Assembly: GCA_965249835.1 (NCBI GenBank)
Contig: CBDFMY010000003.1
Location: 737,979 to 801,978 of the forward strand
Length of the DNA stretch: 64,000 nt
From: Candidatus Poriferihabitaceae bacterium
Lineage (GTDB): Bacteria > Pseudomonadota > Gammaproteobacteria > Arenicellales > Poriferihabitantaceae
Direction of reading: 5' to 3'
The notes beneath the pieces were generated by a model. That model had not been told where the DNA came from and ran no database searches. It worked only from the letters and a program-made list of their open reading frames with translations. The translations under genes were made by a program, and so were the position numbers. The first letter of the stretch is position 1. Each line of letters begins with the position of its first letter. Positions 1-8,835 of the stretch are shown here, piece by piece.

Positions 1-888
1 TTGCACAGAGTATTCGCCGGTGGAAAAATCTTTGCCGCAGGCGACATCGCCGGCCGCGTAAATATCCGCGAGCGAGGAACGCATGTGCTGATCGATGACC
101 ACCGCGCCGTCTTGCAATTCAACGCCGCTGATGCAATCGGTATTGGCGCGCACGCCGGCCGCGCAAATCACCAACTCGGCGGCGACATCGCGCGGTGCGT
201 TTTTGCCACCGCCGCTGACTTTGACATTGACCTTGGCGTTGTCATTGCCAAGGGCTTCGATCGCTTCCACTTGCGCACCGGTGATTACGCACACGCCCTT
301 TTTCTCGCACCAATCCGCCAGCATCGCGCCGCAAACCTGGTCCAGCATGCGCGGCACCATGCGGTTGCCCATCTCGATTACGCTCAAGTTTGCGCCGGAC
401 GCGACCAACGCTTCGAGGATGATGCAGCCGATGAAACCTGCGCCGATCAACACCACCGGCGCGCCTGGGGCGATGCCGGCGGCGATTTTTCGGGCGTCTT
501 CCATGGTCCAGCAACTGGTTACTTTTTCATGCTCAATGCCGGGAATCGGCGGCGTCAGCGGCTTTGATCCGGTGGCGACCAGCAACTTGTCGTAGGCCTG
601 TGTGCCGCCGCCCGCCAGCGTGACTTTTTTTGCGGTCGGGTCAACGGCGCGCACCGTGTCCACCACAACTTCGATGTGGTTGTCGTCAAAATGCTTCGCT
701 TGTTTGCGAAGATAAGTGCCGCGCTCGTCGATGTCGTTACGCAACAAATACGGAATCGCCATGCGCGAATACGGCGGCTCCGGCTCATCGCCGATAATCG
801 TTATTTCAGCGGTGGCATCCAGTTTACGCAACGTCTCAGCGGCAACCACGCCGGCCGGACCGGCGCCGATGATGAGGTGTTTGGTCAT
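1..888 (-). CDS. FAD/NAD(P)-binding pyridine nucleotide-disulfide oxidoreductase, AorC-like subunit (3' end runs off the window)
   Basis: It is absent from the ORF track because it is open at the window edge. My minus-strand translation from the ATG at 886-888 gives MTKHLIIGAGPAGVVAAETLRKLDATAEITIIGDEPEPPYSRMAIPYLLRNDIDERGTYLRKQ..., with a GxGxxG motif. YAAGDVACGK lies at positions 1-60. The gene is immediately downstream of the AOR gene. Confidence 0.75.
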   Translation of the reverse strand, partial: MTKHLIIGAGPAGVVAAETLRKLDATAEITIIGDEPEPPYSRMAIPYLLRNDIDERGTYLRKQAKHFDDNHIEVVVDTVRAVDPTAKKVTLAGGGTQAYDKLLVATGSKPLTPPIPGIEHEKVTSCWTMEDARKIAAGIAPGAPVVLIGAGFIGCIILEALVASGANLSVIEMGNRMVPRMLDQVCGAMLADWCEKKGVCVITGAQVEAIEALGNDNAKVNVKVSGGGKNAPRDVAAELVICAAGVRANTDCISGVELQDGAVVIDQHMRSSLADIYAAGDVACGKDFSTGEYSVQ

Positions 889-940
889 GGGTAACCCCAT
901 CGACTGGGCATCGACTGGGCGCAAAACCAAGTCGTTACCA

Positions 941-2797
941 TCACGCCGGCAACGCGAACTGCTTGCGGACTTTGTCGGTGAGTTGACCGTCTTTGCTCCA
1001 GCCGCGGAGTTGGTAATATTCCGGCAACATTTCATCCAGCCCGCAAACTTTGCCCTTGGCCGGACCGGTCTTGGCCGCTTCTTTCAGCAACCTCGGCGGC
1101 AAGGTGTCGTCGGCGCCGGACAGACCGGCTTTCAGGTTGTAATCCCGCTCGAGATTCCAGATGCGTTCGCCGGCTTCCAGCAATCGCTCGACGCTCCAAT
1201 CGCCATCACACGCGGCATCCACTTGCGGCGCAATGTTGTCCAGCGTCCAAGCGAAGGTGGTGAACAGGCAGATGCCGAGCGAGTCGACCGCCGCGGTGGC
1301 ATCCTGAAATGCCTTGACCAATCCGGCTTTGCCATCGGTGACCAGCGGGTCGGTTTTTTCCGGGATACCCAACACTTCCGATGCCACCGTGTAACCGCGC
1401 AGGTGGCAGGCACCGCGGTTGGAGGTGGCGTAGGTCAAGCCCATGCCCTGAATGCCGCGCGGGTCGTAGGCCGGGAATTCCTGCCCCTTGACGGTCATGG
1501 ACAACTCCGGGTGGCCGTATTTTTCGCACAAGCGTTTGGAGCCGAGACCGAGGTCTTTGCCAAACCCTTGGCCGATGGCGACCTGGTCGGCGCACCAGGT
1601 CAGTGCTTCGGCGGAACCGAATTTCAATTCCATGCCGCCGGTGTGTTTGGTGGTAATGGCACCGAGGTCGAACAACTCCATGGCCGCGGCCACGGTTGCG
1701 CCAAACGAGATCGGGTCAAAGCCGTCTTCGTTGCAGATGAAGTTGGTGTAGGTGACGGCGTCCATGTCGTTCACGCCGGTGTCCGCGCCCATGGCCCAGG
1801 CCGCTTCGTATTCCAGCCCGCCGGAATTGCCCCAGTATTCGGGTTTGTTTTCCACGCTGAAGTGGGTTTTATCGATGGTGGAGATGCGCCCGCAGGCGAT
1901 GGTGCAACTGAAGCAGGCGGCGTTGGTGGTGAGATTGGGCTTGCCGTCGCTGGCGCGGGGTTTGAGCATGGCTTCGCCGGAAATGTCATTGGCACCGTCA
2001 AACTGCACATCGCGCATGTTGTTGGCAGGCAGCGCGCCGATTTCGTTGACGACATTCATCAGCACTTGCGTGCCCAACGTCGGCAGGCCCTGACCGGTGA
2101 CCGCGTTATCCGCCAGCACTTGCTTTTGCTCGGCCACGCTTTTCATGAAGCGGGACGGGTCCTTGATGTTGCCGACGCCGCGCGTGCCGCGCACCGCAAC
2201 CGCCTTGAGGTTTTTCGAGGCCATCACCGTACCGACACCGGAGCGACCGGCCGCACGATGCAGATCGTTGATGATGCCGGCATACAGACATCCGGCTTCG
2301 GCGGAACGCCCGACCGCGGCGATGCGCATTTGCGGGTCCTGATACTTGTCGTGAATTTGTTTGTCGGTCTGCCACACGCTTTTGCCCCACAGATCATCCG
2401 CCGGCACCAGTTCGGCAGTTTCATTTTCGACCCGCAACATCACCGGGGACTTGGATTTGCCCTCAAAAATAATCATGTCCCAACCCGCGAATTTCAATTC
2501 TGCGCCGATAAATCCACCGGAATTCGAGCACGCCACCGCGCCGGTCAACGGACTTTTGGTGATGACTGAATAGCGGCCGCCGGTTGATGCCGTGGTACCG
2601 GTGAGGGGGCCGGTGGCAAAGATCAGTTTATTATCAGGCCCGAGCGCATCGCATTTAGGGTCGGTTTCCTCGACCAAGTAACGGGTGCCGAGTCCGCGTT
2701 GCCCAATATATTGCGCGGCCCATTCCATGTTCAACGCCTCTTCGGCAACCACGCCTTTGCTTAAATCCACTCGTAGTACTTTTTTTGTCCAAGACAT
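941..2797 (-). CDS. aor: Tungsten-containing aldehyde:ferredoxin oxidoreductase family protein (AorB-like catalytic subunit)
   Basis: The 618-aa ORF begins MSWTKKVLRVDLSKG...QYIGQRGLGTRYL and has the length and N-terminal pattern typical of the AOR family. It is flanked by a 4Fe-4S protein and an FAD oxidoreductase, as in AorABC. Confidence 0.85.
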   Translation of the reverse strand: MSWTKKVLRVDLSKGVVAEEALNMEWAAQYIGQRGLGTRYLVEETDPKCDALGPDNKLIFATGPLTGTTASTGGRYSVITKSPLTGAVACSNSGGFIGAELKFAGWDMIIFEGKSKSPVMLRVENETAELVPADDLWGKSVWQTDKQIHDKYQDPQMRIAAVGRSAEAGCLYAGIINDLHRAAGRSGVGTVMASKNLKAVAVRGTRGVGNIKDPSRFMKSVAEQKQVLADNAVTGQGLPTLGTQVLMNVVNEIGALPANNMRDVQFDGANDISGEAMLKPRASDGKPNLTTNAACFSCTIACGRISTIDKTHFSVENKPEYWGNSGGLEYEAAWAMGADTGVNDMDAVTYTNFICNEDGFDPISFGATVAAAMELFDLGAITTKHTGGMELKFGSAEALTWCADQVAIGQGFGKDLGLGSKRLCEKYGHPELSMTVKGQEFPAYDPRGIQGMGLTYATSNRGACHLRGYTVASEVLGIPEKTDPLVTDGKAGLVKAFQDATAAVDSLGICLFTTFAWTLDNIAPQVDAACDGDWSVERLLEAGERIWNLERDYNLKAGLSGADDTLPPRLLKEAAKTGPAKGKVCGLDEMLPEYYQLRGWSKDGQLTDKVRKQFALPA

Positions 2798-2809
2798 AAC
2801 ATTATCCTC

Positions 2810-3289
2810 CTAGCTTGCTGTAGCTGAGTTATCGGTTTTCGCGGCCCAGGCGCGCATTTTTTCGAGCCCGGTTGCATCGGCATCCACATAGGTAATGGCC
2901 TCAGTCGGGCAGGCAACGACGCATTGAGGATCGCCGCCGCATAAATCACACTTAATGACTTTGCCGGTGTCCTGATTGTAATTAACCGTTCCGAATGGGC
3001 AGGCGATGGTACACACCTTGCAGCCAACACAGGTCGCCTCGCTGACCTCCATGGCACCGGTATCGCGGTTCATGGTAATGGCATCCACCGGACACGCCGC
3101 CATACACCACGCTTCATCGCATTGGGTGCAGGTGTAGGGCACGAAGCGTCCCTCGTCGTGGAAGGTGAAAACCTTGATACGCGACTTGGCCGGATTGAAT
3201 ACGCCTTCGTTCTCGTAGGAACACGCCATTTCGCATTGCAGACAGCCGGTGCATTTGTCGGCGTCTATATACAGGGATCGTTGCATCAT
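2810..3289 (-). CDS. 4Fe-4S dicluster ferredoxin-like protein (AorA-like)
   Basis: The 159-aa ORF has several CxxCxxCxxxCP-type motifs (CTGCLQCEMAC, CVGCKVCTIACP, CDLCGG..CVVACP). It ends 13 nt upstream of the AOR gene. Confidence 0.85.
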   Translation of the reverse strand: MMQRSLYIDADKCTGCLQCEMACSYENEGVFNPAKSRIKVFTFHDEGRFVPYTCTQCDEAWCMAACPVDAITMNRDTGAMEVSEATCVGCKVCTIACPFGTVNYNQDTGKVIKCDLCGGDPQCVVACPTEAITYVDADATGLEKMRAWAAKTDNSATAS

Positions 3290-3446
3290 CTCCTCCTCGC
3301 TATGGTATTTGGGCTATGATATTTTCGCCAAGTGGTGGTCGGCTTTCGGTGCAACCGGTCATGTTCTCGCCATACTCCGGCTCATGCCGGGCGGCACTCG
3401 CCACCTCACGCCACTTTTATTGGGGTCACAATAGCATCTGAACGGG

Positions 3447-4470
3447 CTACTCGCAAGACCTTGTTTGATGCCGTGAATTCAACCTCAAAGTGCAACTTAT
3501 GCCGAATAATGCCTGATTCGGTGTTTTCATGCCAAGGCATTTGCGCGGCCGGTTATTGATCTGGTCGACCACATGCGCCAGTTGCGAGGTTGTGATGGTC
3601 GACAGATTATAGCTTTTGGGAAAATACTGCCGTATCAGCCGGTTGGTATTCTCATTGGTTCCTCGCTCCCAGGACGCGCAGGGATGGGCGAAATAGAAGT
3701 CGGCTTGCAGTGCGTCGCTGACCGCTTCATGTCTGGCGAATTCGCTACCGTTATCCGCGGTCAATGTGCACCCGGTGTTTGATCGTAGCCAGGTTTCTAA
3801 TCAGCGCCGCGCCCACCACCGGCGCCTTCCGGTTGGGCAGGATATCAATGTATACAAAGCGCGTGGCGCGCTCGACCATGGTCAGCATCACCGCGGTATT
3901 GTTTTTCCCATACACCGTGTCCAGCTCCCAATCGCCGATGCGGGCTGTTTGCTCGACCAACATCGGGCGCTGCTCGATCGACACCCGATTGGGGATCGAG
4001 CCCGGCCGCGCCTTGCTACCGTAACGTTTCTTCCCCTTTTTCTGGCAGCGTAAGTGCTGATACAGAAGACCGCCGTGGTGCTTGTCGTTGCGAATGTACC
4101 GGTAGATCCACTCATGGCTAACCGCCAGCCATCCGGCTTTCCCCAGCCACAGGCTGATCTGCTGCGGGCTCCACTTCTCATGCAGCAGCCGTTCGATGAG
4201 TTGCCAATCTTGCCGGCTAATACTCGCCCTGGACTTGCCTGCTCGGCGCGCCAGGGCCTGCTTGTGCGCCCCGGCGGGACGATAAGCGCCCGCTCCGGCG
4301 GTGCGCCGCCGCACACGCCCCCGATTGGGGCCATTTCGGCGTATCTCCCGGCTGAGGGTGCTTTGGTTGACACCGATAATATCGGCGATGGCTTGTTGTG
4401 AATAGCCTTGCTTCAAGCCATTGGAAATCTGGTATCGTTGCTCACTGGTGAGGTGCGTGTAGCGTTTCAT
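3447..4470 (-). pseudogene. IS30 family transposase, split by a frameshift near 3765-3772
   Basis: The N-terminal ORF (3751-4470) has an HTH region (QQAIADIIGVNQSTLSREIRRN) and ends ...IKHRVHIDRG*. The C-terminal ORF (3447-3764) continues in another frame as (L)TADNGSEFARH...NENTNRLIRQYFPK, which carries the DDE region. The reading frame runs through the IR into flanking DNA. Confidence 0.8.
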
Positions 4471-4562
4471 ATGGCAACTCCTTATATTGATTCCGGAAAA
4501 TCAAGAGGCTACCGCATCTCACCTTTCCTTCATCGGTGAAGTTGCACTTAAGAGTTGAATCC
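3475..4562 (-). mobile_element. IS30-family insertion sequence (about 1.09 kb) with imperfect terminal inverted repeats
   Basis: The inverted repeats are gaattcaacctcaaagtgcaactt (3475-3498) and the reverse complement of aagttgcacttaagagttgaatcc (4539-4562), matching at about 19/24 positions. They enclose an IS30-type transposase reading frame. Confidence 0.8.
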
Positions 4563-4748
4563 AAGCTTCCATACTCGCCACGAAAACATGTATCAATATC
4601 TGCTAAAATCTATCCGAAATCGACCGCTTAAAGTATCTTGAACCTTATAATATGTGGCAGTCTGGCCTTTTTGCCATTCTTGCGAACGCAATATTAGGTG
4701 CTTCGTCGATCTATTGGGCCTTAGTTTAGAGATATTTCACCGATCACA

Positions 4749-5504
4749 TTGGTAGAGTACCGTGTGATTTTTTCATTGATTGTGCTGTTTTTTGTCCTTG
4801 CATGGTCAGGAAAAATTCGGGCATGTTTGGGCAGCATCACTCTACGGCTCGTATTTCTCCATACATTTGCCGCTGTTCTGGTCGCTATCAATTGGGGAAC
4901 TTTTATTTGGGCATCAATAAACGGCTCTGTGCTGGAAAGTGGCTTCGGATACTTAATCGCTCCAATATTCACAATTGCGCTTGGCAGCGTCTTGTTTCGA
5001 GAGAAAATTTCGCGGGACAAGTCGTTCGCGCTACTGATAATTGTTTCAACTATATTATTCTTGATATTGTCAAGCGGGCGTTTAGAGCATTGGGTATATT
5101 TAACGATTGCCGTGACTTGGGGCGGATACACTGTCCTGAAAAAGAAGACCACACTGTCATCGATTGAGGGTCTTTTTATCGAAACTCTGATACTCAGCGT
5201 TTTGTTGGTGTTCGGCGTTGCCTTACAATGGGTATCTATTCCTGATATGTCAAATGAAGTTTTTATCGAACATCCTCTTGTTACCGTTAGTGGTATCGTT
5301 TCAGTCGTCCCGCTGGTAATGTTTTCCATAGCCGCTCAGAAGCTGAACTCATATCATATGGGGATGCTCCAATTCGTTTTGCCGTCCGTACAACTTGTCG
5401 TTTCATTTCTGTACTTTGATCAGGTCTCCACAGCAGTAGCCTACCTGTGCTTTTTCATCATTTGGGTGACCCTGTTTACAATTTCGCTAAGACATCTGCA
5501 TTAA
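4749..5504 (+). CDS. rarD: RarD/EamA-family (DMT) transporter; the N-terminal helix appears to be in another frame
   Basis: The ORF is a multi-TM protein with RarD-like features (HTFAAVLVAINWGTFIWA, GYLIAPIF). The upstream frame (ATG 4652) encodes MWQSGLFAILANAILGASSIYWALV*, which looks like the missing first helix. The gene is AT-rich relative to its neighbours. Confidence 0.6.
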   Translation: MVEYRVIFSLIVLFFVLAWSGKIRACLGSITLRLVFLHTFAAVLVAINWGTFIWASINGSVLESGFGYLIAPIFTIALGSVLFREKISRDKSFALLIIVSTILFLILSSGRLEHWVYLTIAVTWGGYTVLKKKTTLSSIEGLFIETLILSVLLVFGVALQWVSIPDMSNEVFIEHPLVTVSGIVSVVPLVMFSIAAQKLNSYHMGMLQFVLPSVQLVVSFLYFDQVSTAVAYLCFFIIWVTLFTISLRHLH

Positions 5505-5580
5505 TTTCGCGACTCCCGCCCACGGGTTGTTCCAATAGGCAAGATGAGTCCGGCTACGCCGCGATGAATAGTGTCGCGCG

Positions 5581-5873
5581 AAGCGCAACAAAGCATGGCG
5601 GAAAATAGGCAAGTGCAAAATTGCGCGCCGCATATTTTTTGTCAGGCAAGGCGCGCAAGGAGCGAGGGAGTGAGCAATACATTAAGTATGTGAGCGACCG
5701 AGCGATGAAGCGCAACAAAGCATGGCGGAAAATAGGCAAGTGCAAAATTGCGCGCCGCATATTTTTTGTCAGGCAAGGCGCGCAAGGAGCGAGGGAGTGA
5801 GCAATACATTAAGTATGTGAGCGACCGAGCGATGAAGCGCAACAAAGCATGGCGGAAAATAGGCAAGTGCAAA
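5581..5873. repeat. Tandem direct repeat, 127-bp unit, about 2.3 copies
   Basis: The unit aagcgcaacaaagcatggcggaaaataggcaagtgcaaaattgcgcgccgcat...gagcgaccgagcgatg starts at 5581, 5708 and 5835. The last copy is partial. Confidence 0.95.
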
Positions 5874-5885
5874 GGCAAGCGCGGG

Positions 5886-6512
5886 TTACTCGCGCATACT
5901 CAACACCGAATCAATAATGCCATAGTCAGTGGCTTCGGTTGCGCTCAGAAAATAATCGCGGTCGGTGTCCTGCTGGATTCGGTCGAGCGGCTGTCCGGTA
6001 TGCTCGACGAAAATCCGGTTGAGTTTCTCGCGCACGCCGAGAATTTCTCGCGTGTGAATTTCAATGTCGGATGCCTGTCCCTGCGAGCCACCCATGGGTT
6101 GGTGAATCATCATCCGCGAATGTGGTAGCGCGTGACGTTTTTTAGCCGTACCGCCGGCCAGGATGACCGCGCCCATGCTCGCCGCTTGACCGATGCAAAC
6201 GGTGCTGACATCGGGGCGGATGAATTGCATGGTGTCGTAAATCGCAAGCCCTGATGAAACCATTCCGCCGGGGCTGTTGATATACAGTGAAATGTCCTTC
6301 TCCGGGTTTTCCGATTCGAGGAACAACAACTGCGCGACGATCAAGTTCGCCATCTGATCTTCGAACTGTCCGACCAGAAACACCACCCGCTCCTTGAGCA
6401 AGCGCGAGTAAATATCATATGCGCGCTCGCCGCGGCCGGTGGTCTCCACCACCATGGGAACCAGGCTGATGTTGCGCGGCGAATGATCGGTGTCTTTCAT
6501 TTTATTTGACAT
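5886..6512 (-). CDS. clpP: ATP-dependent Clp protease proteolytic subunit
   Basis: The 208-aa ORF contains [24 protein letters not shown] and GQAASMGA motifs. It starts 19 nt downstream of tig. Confidence 0.95.
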   Translation of the reverse strand: MSNKMKDTDHSPRNISLVPMVVETTGRGERAYDIYSRLLKERVVFLVGQFEDQMANLIVAQLLFLESENPEKDISLYINSPGGMVSSGLAIYDTMQFIRPDVSTVCIGQAASMGAVILAGGTAKKRHALPHSRMMIHQPMGGSQGQASDIEIHTREILGVREKLNRIFVEHTGQPLDRIQQDTDRDYFLSATEATDYGIIDSVLSMRE

Positions 6513-6531
6513 GGATGATAAGTAGTATTGA

Positions 6532-7851
6532 TCAGGTCTGCGGATTCATCAGTTGCCGAAATGATACCTTTTTTTCGGTGACGGTGGCGGTCTCGCACAT
6601 GCGCGCCACCACCTGCTCATCCAGCACCATTGCCTCAATCGGCTGCAAGCGCACGGGGTCGGCATAATACCAGTTAATCAACTTATTGCTGTCATCATAA
6701 CTGGTTGCCATCTCCTCAACCCGCATCCGAACCGCATCGGCATCGGGCTTCAGGTCGTATTTCTCGATGATGCCACGCACGATGAGAGCGAGGTTTACCC
6801 GATGTTTGGCTTCGGCGGCGAATCGTTCGCGCTCGCGTTCCAGTTCCGATGCGTTCGGCACCGGACTCCCCTGCGCTTCCATTCGCTGGGTGATGCTCTC
6901 AATCATGTGGTCAATTTCCGCTTCCACCATCGCCTTCGGCGCTTTGATGTCATTGACCTTGATCAATTCACCCATGACCTGCGTACGCACTTGCGAACGC
7001 ATTTGCGCAACCATCTCACGCTTCAAACTGACTTCAATTTCCTCGCGCATTTTTTCCATACCGCCTTCGGTGATGCCGAGTTTTTCGGCCAAGGCATTAT
7101 TGAATTCGGGCAGCACCTGTCGATCCACCGCTTTCACCGTGACCGAAAACTCCGCCGCCTTGCTTGCCACTTCGGTGCTGGGATAATCATCGGGAAAAGT
7201 GACCGCGATTTGCTTCGACTCACCGACCGCAACGCCCACCAGACCGGTCTCGAACGGTTCGAGCATGTGCCGGTCTCCGAGTATAAATTGATGGTCGGTG
7301 GCGGAGCCGCCGGCGAAAGGTTTGCCATCAATGCGCCCGTCAAAGTCGATGGTAAGTCGGTCGCCGCTCTGCGCTCGCGCATCCGCTTGTTTGGCGACGA
7401 AATCTGCGTTTCGTTTGCGAATATCCTCCAGTGTGCGGTCGATATCGGCGGCGGTGATTTCGCACAACGGTTTTTCGATGGTGCGGCCATCCAGCGTCGG
7501 GGAAGGAATTTCCGGATAGAGTTCAATGGTGGCGACATATTGCAGGTCGTCGTCGGAACCAAACGGCTTGGGCTCGATGGACACCAGCCCGGCCGCCACG
7601 ATCTCTTCTTTGCCAAGGGCCTCTTGATAACTGGTATGGATGGTGTCGTTGACGACCTCGTTGGTAATCTGCGCACCATAACGCTGGTTGATGATGTTGC
7701 GCGGTGCCTTGCCCGGACGAAAGCCGGGAATGCGCGCGCGCCCGGCCATGCTGCGCAGGCGTTTTTCGATTTCCCGGTCGACCTCGTCTCGCGGAACGGA
7801 AACCGTTACCTTGCGTTCAATGACACCGGATTGTTCGACTGATACTTGCAT
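6532..7851 (-). CDS. tig: Trigger factor
   Basis: The 439-aa ORF begins [20 protein letters not shown] and contains GFRPGKAP, the ribosome-binding signature. Confidence 0.95.
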   Translation of the reverse strand: MQVSVEQSGVIERKVTVSVPRDEVDREIEKRLRSMAGRARIPGFRPGKAPRNIINQRYGAQITNEVVNDTIHTSYQEALGKEEIVAAGLVSIEPKPFGSDDDLQYVATIELYPEIPSPTLDGRTIEKPLCEITAADIDRTLEDIRKRNADFVAKQADARAQSGDRLTIDFDGRIDGKPFAGGSATDHQFILGDRHMLEPFETGLVGVAVGESKQIAVTFPDDYPSTEVASKAAEFSVTVKAVDRQVLPEFNNALAEKLGITEGGMEKMREEIEVSLKREMVAQMRSQVRTQVMGELIKVNDIKAPKAMVEAEIDHMIESITQRMEAQGSPVPNASELERERERFAAEAKHRVNLALIVRGIIEKYDLKPDADAVRMRVEEMATSYDDSNKLINWYYADPVRLQPIEAMVLDEQVVARMCETATVTEKKVSFRQLMNPQT

Positions 7852-7901
7852 AACTTGAGGATGGTCTATATTTTATCAAACTCGCCGACAACTTTTGCCA
7901 A

Positions 7902-7986
<85 letters not shown>

Positions 7987-8078
7987 ACTGCTTTATTCGC
8001 CACTGCGTCACTTGCGTTTGCGTCACGTTATTGCACCGCGTTATTTCACCAGGTCATCACGCATCGGGCGCGGATTAC

Positions 8079-8154
<76 letters not shown>

Positions 8155-8188
8155 CCGTCACTCGCCTTGTCATGCCCCTGCGAAAAAC

Positions 8189-8265
8189 TGGGGTGAACGA
8201 TGGGACTCGAACCCACGACGACCGGAATCACAATCCGGGGCTCTACCAACTGAGCTACGCTCACC
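8189..8265 (-). tRNA. tRNA-His (anticodon GTG)
   Basis: The reverse complement reads G-GTGAGCG..CCGGA TTGTGAT TCCGG..GTGGG TTCGAGT CCCAT CGTTCAC C CCA. The extra 5' G is typical of tRNA-His. Confidence 0.9.
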
Positions 8266-8296
8266 ATATTTTTTCCACTTCGTTTTCCTGCCTGAA

Positions 8297-8373
8297 TGGC
8301 GCGCCCGACAGGACTCGAACCTGTAACCTACGGCTTAGAAGGCCGTTGCTCTATCCGGTTGAGCTACGGGCGC
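8297..8373 (-). tRNA. tRNA-Arg (anticodon TCT)
   Basis: The reverse complement reads GCGCCCG TA GCTC AACCGGATA GAGC A ACGGC CTTCTAA GCCGT AGGTT ACAGG TTCGAGT CCTGT CGGGCGC G CCA. Confidence 0.9.
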
Positions 8374-8389
8374 AACGGATAAGCGAAAC

Positions 8390-8466
8390 TGGTCGGGGTA
8401 GAGAGATTTGAACTCCCGACATCCTGCTCCCAAAGCAGGCGCGCTACCAGGCTGCGCTATACCCCG
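8390..8466 (-). tRNA. tRNA-Pro (anticodon TGG)
   Basis: The reverse complement reads CGGGGTA TA GCGC AGCCTGGTA GCGC G CCTGC TTTGGGA GCAGG ATGTC GGGAG TTCAAAT CTCTC TACCCCG A CCA. Confidence 0.9.
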
Positions 8467-8570
8467 AAACCCCGTCTCCGATTGGTGTCGCCGTTGATGA
8501 CCCGCGCACCAAAATAAATTCGGCACTGCCCGAGACGGAGGCGCGAACTATAAGGTATTCAATGCCTTGA

Positions 8571-8700
8571 CGCAAATTGCGCTTGCTTATTTTCCGCCAT
8601 GCGGTGTTGCGCGTCGTCGCTCGGTCGCTCACATACTTAATGTATTGCTCACTCCCTCGCTTTTCGCGCGCCTTGCCTGACGAAAAATAATCTGCGCACA
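8571..8700. repeat. Inverted, diverged copy (about 1.1 units) of the 127-bp repeat found at 5581-5873
   Basis: The segment tcgctcggtcgctcacatacttaatgtattgctcactccctcgc...gcgccttgcctgac is the reverse complement of the 5581-5873 unit, with a few mismatches. Confidence 0.9.
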
Positions 8701-8760
8701 ATGCGGGGTAGCGACGAGGTAGCGGCGAGGATGACGAAATGTTATGAGCCTATACATGCG

Positions 8761-8788
8761 CTTGAAAAGCCGCAAGATAGCCCCATTT
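8761..8788 (+). promoter_or_regulatory. Sigma32 (heat-shock) promoter of htpG
   Basis: CTTGAAA (8761-8767) is separated by 13 nt from CCCCATTT (8781-8788), about 50 nt upstream of the htpG ATG. This matches the CTTGAA-N13-17-CCCCATnT consensus. Confidence 0.75.
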
Positions 8789-8835
8789 TTCCCGCATTTA
8801 CCACCCACCCGCCCAACCACCACTTGCCCAACGCC

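Noticed and set aside
1-595. Plus-strand ORFs 1-567 and 95-595.
   Set aside because: They are antisense to the clearly coding minus-strand FAD oxidoreductase, which has GxGxxG and GD motifs.
716-2569. A 617-aa ORF on the plus strand.
   Set aside because: It is a shadow ORF antisense to the AOR gene. Its composition is low-complexity and rich in Gly, Arg, Ala and Val, typical of the wrong strand in GC-rich coding DNA, and it has no recognisable motifs.
5581-5873. A possible CRISPR array. The same possibility was considered for the 108-bp periodicity at 15.8-16.6 kb and 18.8-20.0 kb.
   Set aside because: The units are directly abutting with no unique spacers, and the unit lengths of 127 and 108 bp are far from CRISPR repeat sizes. 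The 108-bp periodicity is protein-coding Sel1 repeats. No cas genes are present.
5554-5878. Small ORFs (68-78 aa) within the 127-bp repeat, and ORF 8444-8701.
   Set aside because: Their reading frames are generated by the repeat itself, with identical peptide segments repeated. They have no start context, and the inverted copy does not preserve a frame.
8701-8835. The N-terminal extension of htpG given by the track ORF start.
   Set aside because: The extension covers the repeat copy and the sigma32 promoter. The Hsp90 homology starts just after the ATG at 8836.
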